A DNA stretch of 63,997 nt, counting the filler, from Diploschistes diacapsis (Eukaryota): the NCBI GenBank assembly GCA_023645945.1. It is 4 parts of 4 records of this genome, joined end to end, with 100 filler letters (N's around TTAATTAATTAA, not from the genome) between each part and the next. Parts side by side here need not be neighbours in the genome. Positions count along the whole stretch, not along the records: positions 50,601 to 63,997 come from JALAIB010000663.1; 3 more parts are not named here. One strand, written 5' to 3'. The position numbers were made by a program, and so were the translations under genes. Shown one piece after another: positions 59,365 through 63,997 of this stretch. The first letter of the stretch is position 1. Every line of letters begins with the position of its first letter. The notes below the pieces were generated by a model, which saw only the letters and a program-made list of their open reading frames with translations, did not search any database and was not told where the DNA came from.

Positions 59365-59954
59365 CTTTTCTGCGAGATCACAGCCTACTTGCGACAGCCC
59401 ACTCCCGATAATAAAGAGCTACAGAGATAACGAGGCAATAGAAAGTCTTATGTTGGTGAGAGCGAGCTTCGGACGTCTTTGTCTTTCGTTCGGACGGGCA
59501 GGCATAAGAAGCCGAGTCAAGTCAGCCTGTTGAAGTAAGAAAGTTCACTAATTAATGAAGCGAGCTTGAATAAGCGCTAACCTTGAAATGGTTAAGTAAA
59601 CGGCAACGGGGCTACAGGGAGGGAGGGTATCATGTGATTGGCTGGGATAGGGTGGCTGTATGGGGAATTGTCTTCCTTGTACTATATTACTATATCTCGT
59701 GCTCGTCTCCTTCTAGTTAAAGTGGATGTATTGGGAATGAGAGCAATGAGAATGGGGAATAATAGAGTATGAATGGGGCTCTGAAGAGCGAAATAAGTCG
59801 CTTGCTATCTCAAACACGGAATACGGAATACGTGCTGGCTGACCCGAAAAACTGAACTACGGCCGGGGTAAAGAGCTCCGAGAACCGCCATTCGACTCTG
59901 CTATCAAAGCACTCTTCAACCGCCCAAAAGCCTAGCCGCCTCTACCAGACGCTC

Positions 59955-61158
59955 TCACCGCGAACGCCCGCCCAAGTCCTGGCCCAACCGATATCCCCCG
60001 ATCTTATCCCAGTCAACCTGACAACCGAATCAGTACCAATTCCTGTACCTCAACACCCTATTTTAACCAACCTTTTGCCTCGTAACAGGCAGCTGTCTCC
60101 TAAGCCCCTTGAACGCCCCTTCGCTCAACGAAGCAAAGCCCCTATTCAACTCCTCCTGATACGACTTCTCTGCCTGCGCTATCTGCCTTACGATATCCGA
60201 CGCGGAGGCACCCGAAGATATCGGGAGGGAAAGATTCTTGTTGGTACTCATCCGAACGTTGCCGTCTTCGTAGTAGTGCACGTCGACTTTGATGGTGCCG
60301 GTCAACGAGCCCGAGGGTTTGTAGAGGTAGGTGTTGCGCCACCGGCCGTTCCTGTTAGAAACGATGTTAGCTGGGAGGGATGGAACGGCGTCCGCGCATA
60401 CCAGAAGTTGGAGGGAGAATACTTGTTTGCGACGAGGATGATGGCGATGGTGGAATCGGAGTCAGTGGGGAAGACGGCGTAGGTTGCGGATGGATAGTGT
60501 TCCGTGACATGTGTCGAGAGCGACTTGTGAAGGGATTTTCTTTAGTAAAGTCAGCTGCAGGAAAGCACTCAGCGCGTAGCACAACCGAACATCAAGTCAC
60601 TGTGTTGCGATTCTAACGAGTACGACTGGACCCCGGAAGCTCTCTGTGTCGACTGTAAGCGGCTTCTTGTCGGTTCTGCATTATGATGCATTACAATTCT
60701 CAGCGTACCTGCGTCGAGTGGTCGAATTCGTACGAGCTTGAGCTTTCGATGTCAAAGTAGCGGCCACCGCCTAACGAGTTATACGGTGTGATCAGAGCCT
60801 GTTGTCCCTTTCAGCTTCCTAGATTTCTATGATATATTCCTTGCTCTTCATACATTCTGGCTACCGCTCGGTAGCTTGATGGCCGTGAGTTGCTCCTCAT
60901 TGTATGTCTCGAACGCGGGCTTGACGGATTGTAACAGTGAGGGTTCCTCGAGGGTCAGGGCCTTGATATCTTCACCGGGTTTGAATACATATCTACCTTG
61001 AACAGGGCTCAATGGCATACTAACCAGCTATCACATTATCGAGCTGCAGACCATTTAGCTTTTTCAGCAGCAGCAGCAGTTACACCAGTCCACTGTACCT
61101 CTCCGGGCGGTGCGCCCTTGATGAACTCAGACACAGCCGCGACATTCTCAGAAGACAT
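59955..61158 (-). CDS. CAP1: F-actin capping protein alpha subunit, multi-exon
   Basis: [59 protein letters not shown]; stop 59957-59955. Confidence 0.95.
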
Positions 61159-61655
61159 TTCCGGCGGATCGCAGTAGATCTCGAAGTCGGCAGCCTGTCG
61201 TGAAGCTCGGCGTCTTGAGCGTGGGATCGTCAGCGGAGCCTGGTGTGGGGCTCGGCCAAAACCCTGCATCGTGGTGGTCGGCCCACGGCGTGTCGTTGTT
61301 CCTGGATGGACAACTCGATCTTCTTTCCCTGAGAAAAGGGAAGCTGTACACTGCATCCCGATCGAGCATTGGATTTGCGTGGAATGTATTAGCATATCGT
61401 CTAAAATTCACAAGCCGGTGTAGTAGTGAATGGCTATAAGCTCTACCAATGTACAGGTGGGTATTACACAAATTCGCTTCCAGCAGTTTCTTCTCCTTTA
61501 TCCTCATCCGCTCCTTCTGCGTCTTCCATTTGAAAAGCCAGAGGCCTGCTGCGTTACTCAAGTGCATCTTCATTACGATCCGCAGCTTCTTAGCTTTGCT
61601 CCTTCTTCAAGAGCTCGTGCTACTGCCGAACCTATCACCTCGTCTTCCATTCCCG

Positions 61656-62555
61656 TCACTCATTGCAGTTGAAAGCCAGACGACACCTCAATATGGCGCA
61701 CAGCTTCTTCATCTTCCTCTTGAAGGGACTCGTGCTGCTGCTGAGCCTGCTCATCTCGTCCTCAACATCCTGTCTGATCAAGAACGATTTTGTATGTTTC
61801 TTCGCCTTCTTGGTCAACCTCATCACCTCGTTCTCACCCTCCTCTCGAAGCTCGAACCAATCGCTCTCCACTTTGCGAACAATGTCCCGCAGGAATCTTC
61901 CCTCTCGCTCCGTATCAATCGCCCCGAGGAACAGCATGTCTAGCATCTCATAGTCCCGCTGGATCGCGTCGAACAGGTCGTCCCATTCGCAAGCTTCCAG
62001 CATACATGCAATATCCGACCTGTGAGCATGCTCTCGGTCTGGCTCCTCTGTTCTATGGCACTTGAAACAGGTTCTTTCCGGATACGCATACTTGAGAATA
62101 AGTTCCCGCACGAAGTCTTCTCTCCATCCCGTTCGGTCGCACACGATTTGGATCGTATCAGCGTTTGGCGTTTGATGCCGCCAAATCTCGGAAACGTTCT
62201 GGCTGGAGACGCTGTACCCCATCTCCCACTCCAGCCTGTCCCAAAACCTCCTCCATATCAACCGGTCTCCCATGACTGGCGGACAAACGTTGGCGTATTC
62301 GTTATGCCACTCCCATTCTTTGAGCTTGGCGAGGTGTTTTGGCGCATGGGAGCCATAGTAGGCGAGGATGCGTTGGCGGAGGATGGATGGGAGAGAGTGT
62401 ATGAGGATCTCTTCTTCTGTATCGTGCGAGATGAGTAAACTGACAAGGTCAGGCTCGCTGGTAGCTCCTGGCGGCCACGCCGGTTGCGGTGGTGCGAAGC
62501 GGGGAGGGCGGGCCTGCCTTGGTGGTTGAGGGAGAGGGGTGCAAAAGTGGCACAT
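61656..62555 (-). CDS. Hypothetical protein (~299 aa from MCHFC), Cys/His motifs and charged helical C-terminus
   Basis: Long intronless ORF with protein-like composition; CHFC and CFKCH...HAH...C motifs; no family recognised. Confidence 0.6.
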   Translation of the reverse strand: MCHFCTPLPQPPRQARPPRFAPPQPAWPPGATSEPDLVSLLISHDTEEEILIHSLPSILRQRILAYYGSHAPKHLAKLKEWEWHNEYANVCPPVMGDRLIWRRFWDRLEWEMGYSVSSQNVSEIWRHQTPNADTIQIVCDRTGWREDFVRELILKYAYPERTCFKCHRTEEPDREHAHRSDIACMLEACEWDDLFDAIQRDYEMLDMLFLGAIDTEREGRFLRDIVRKVESDWFELREEGENEVMRLTKKAKKHTKSFLIRQDVEDEMSRLSSSTSPFKRKMKKLCAILRCRLAFNCNE

Positions 62556-63997
62556 GCTGGTGGCTGATGGGGACTGATGGTATGTGTTTAGCAAGTGCTG
62601 CTGTGCCTGGTTGAGGGGCTCGGATCGTTTCTTGATCCTATTCTCGCTCTGTTGCGCTTTCTGGACGGTGCTTCTCAACCAAGTCAAGTGTCAGATTCGC
62701 CACACTATGCTTGAGTCGTTGTTGTCTGTTCGCAATCACCACTTCCTGGAGTTGGAATCCGGGGCTGATTTCCGACTATGGCCCCTTTGAGTTCTCTGAC
62801 TGGCAAGAGCGCTTGGTGATCCAAAGCCTTTCTTGCAATCACTTCTGGACCTTACGACTGTAGTAGGAACAGGCGACCAGCTTTTGCATTCTCCGTTTTC
62901 CCTATCTGGAAGGCAGCCTGAGCGAGTGGAAGGGGAGTGCTCGATCCTGCAGCAGTATCCCGCAGTGATCAAGAGCAACGATTTGGATCTGGTTGCAGGG
63001 AACGAATGAAGAAGAAAAGGAGGCAACAGCATCCAACCTTGGAATATATAGGCCAGGCCCATCGTGATTCGGGCTGGGCTGCGGCGAGCTCGGATATCTA
63101 TTAGGAAAACCTTGTCAGAGCGCTCGTTATGGCGGATTACTGGTCGCGATCCTCAAGACCAGATCGCAACAAATATTAAGCATTTAGTACCAAGGTAAAG
63201 CAAGGCATGGGACACCTTGCACGGACTAACATTCTGCCATCATATCCCTCTGAGTCAACACCGAACCTCATCGCTAGCAATCCCGATCCTCTCGTCAAGG
63301 GAACAAAGCGCTCTCGAGCTCATGGCGCCGAGCAGCGTCTAGCTATCGCATGTCGACATCAAACTCCAGCGTTCGAAACCCATCTACAGCATATCTTTGC
63401 TACATCGATGGATATCACCAGCAACAAGCTTTTATCCGCCGCTGCCGGTAGCTGAATCCAGCGTGTCAGAATGAGGGTATTCATGGATATTGATGCTTGG
63501 CGTACCTCGCCCCACTGGAACGAGTACTTCACAATGGGACGCACGGGACATCTCTATATATGGTATTTCAAAGTCGGCTGAGGTTGTTAGTATTGGATAT
63601 AGTTCCGGATGTCATTATACAATAACAAGGCATACGCCAGGGGCTACAAGGCAAATATTTTAGCACAAACAACCTCAACTGAACGCCAAGCTGGGAATAT
63701 CAAAGCGAAGTACTCAGCACAAATCGCCTCAACTGAGCAAGAATATGAGATTGTGGTTTTGGACGTAAGCGTGCACAGTACGCAGACCCCCCAACCCATA
63801 CTCTAATGCTACCAACATCGTATATTATTCGTCCCCAATCATCAAGCCAGCCCAGTACAGCAATCGACAAAGCCTCACTAAAGCCAGTTCCCGGTGGCTG
63901 GCACCCGACCCCTTCCATTTCCCATTCCCATTCCCATTTTCACTTCCCTTCTCTCAGACCAACCATGCTTCTCCCTCAGCAGCACCGACCTCTCCCA

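Noticed and set aside
63965..63997. ATG near the right edge after a TTCCCA microrepeat
   Set aside because: Only 11 codons visible; insufficient to call.

Overview
Eukaryotic DNA from a filamentous ascomycete (Pezizomycotina, judged from gene content and short GT/GC-AG introns with CTRAY-type branch points). It is a draft scaffold with three artificial 100-nt spacers (N-runs around TTAATTAATTAA). About 22 recognisable genes are present: DHA1 MFS, TOS1-like wall protein, ATG6, SCM3, cysteine synthase 2, isovaleryl-CoA dehydrogenase, PQ-loop protein, MRPS16, AVT-type amino-acid transporter, RO10 dynactin subunit, septin CDC11, HSV2, IST3, dynein LIC, GT15 mannosyltransferase, RRG7, cyclin C, SAL1, partial MCH1, cytochrome b5 and capping protein alpha. 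They are interspersed with decaying accessory genes (an MFS, a bacterial-type flavoprotein disulfide reductase, a laccase, an F-box-like gene) and transposon relics (a pogo/Fot1-type MITE, a TIR end, a RIP-like degenerate copia fragment, a possible solo LTR). The most unusual element is an intact intronless ORF (35491-36624) that fuses a catalytically degenerate RNase H1-like domain to a degenerate Ty1/copia protease-like domain, a candidate domesticated chimeric gene. Splicing oddities include two GC-AG introns in one gene and a 285-nt in-frame exitron in SAL1. All family assignments come from motif recognition by eye; no searches were run.
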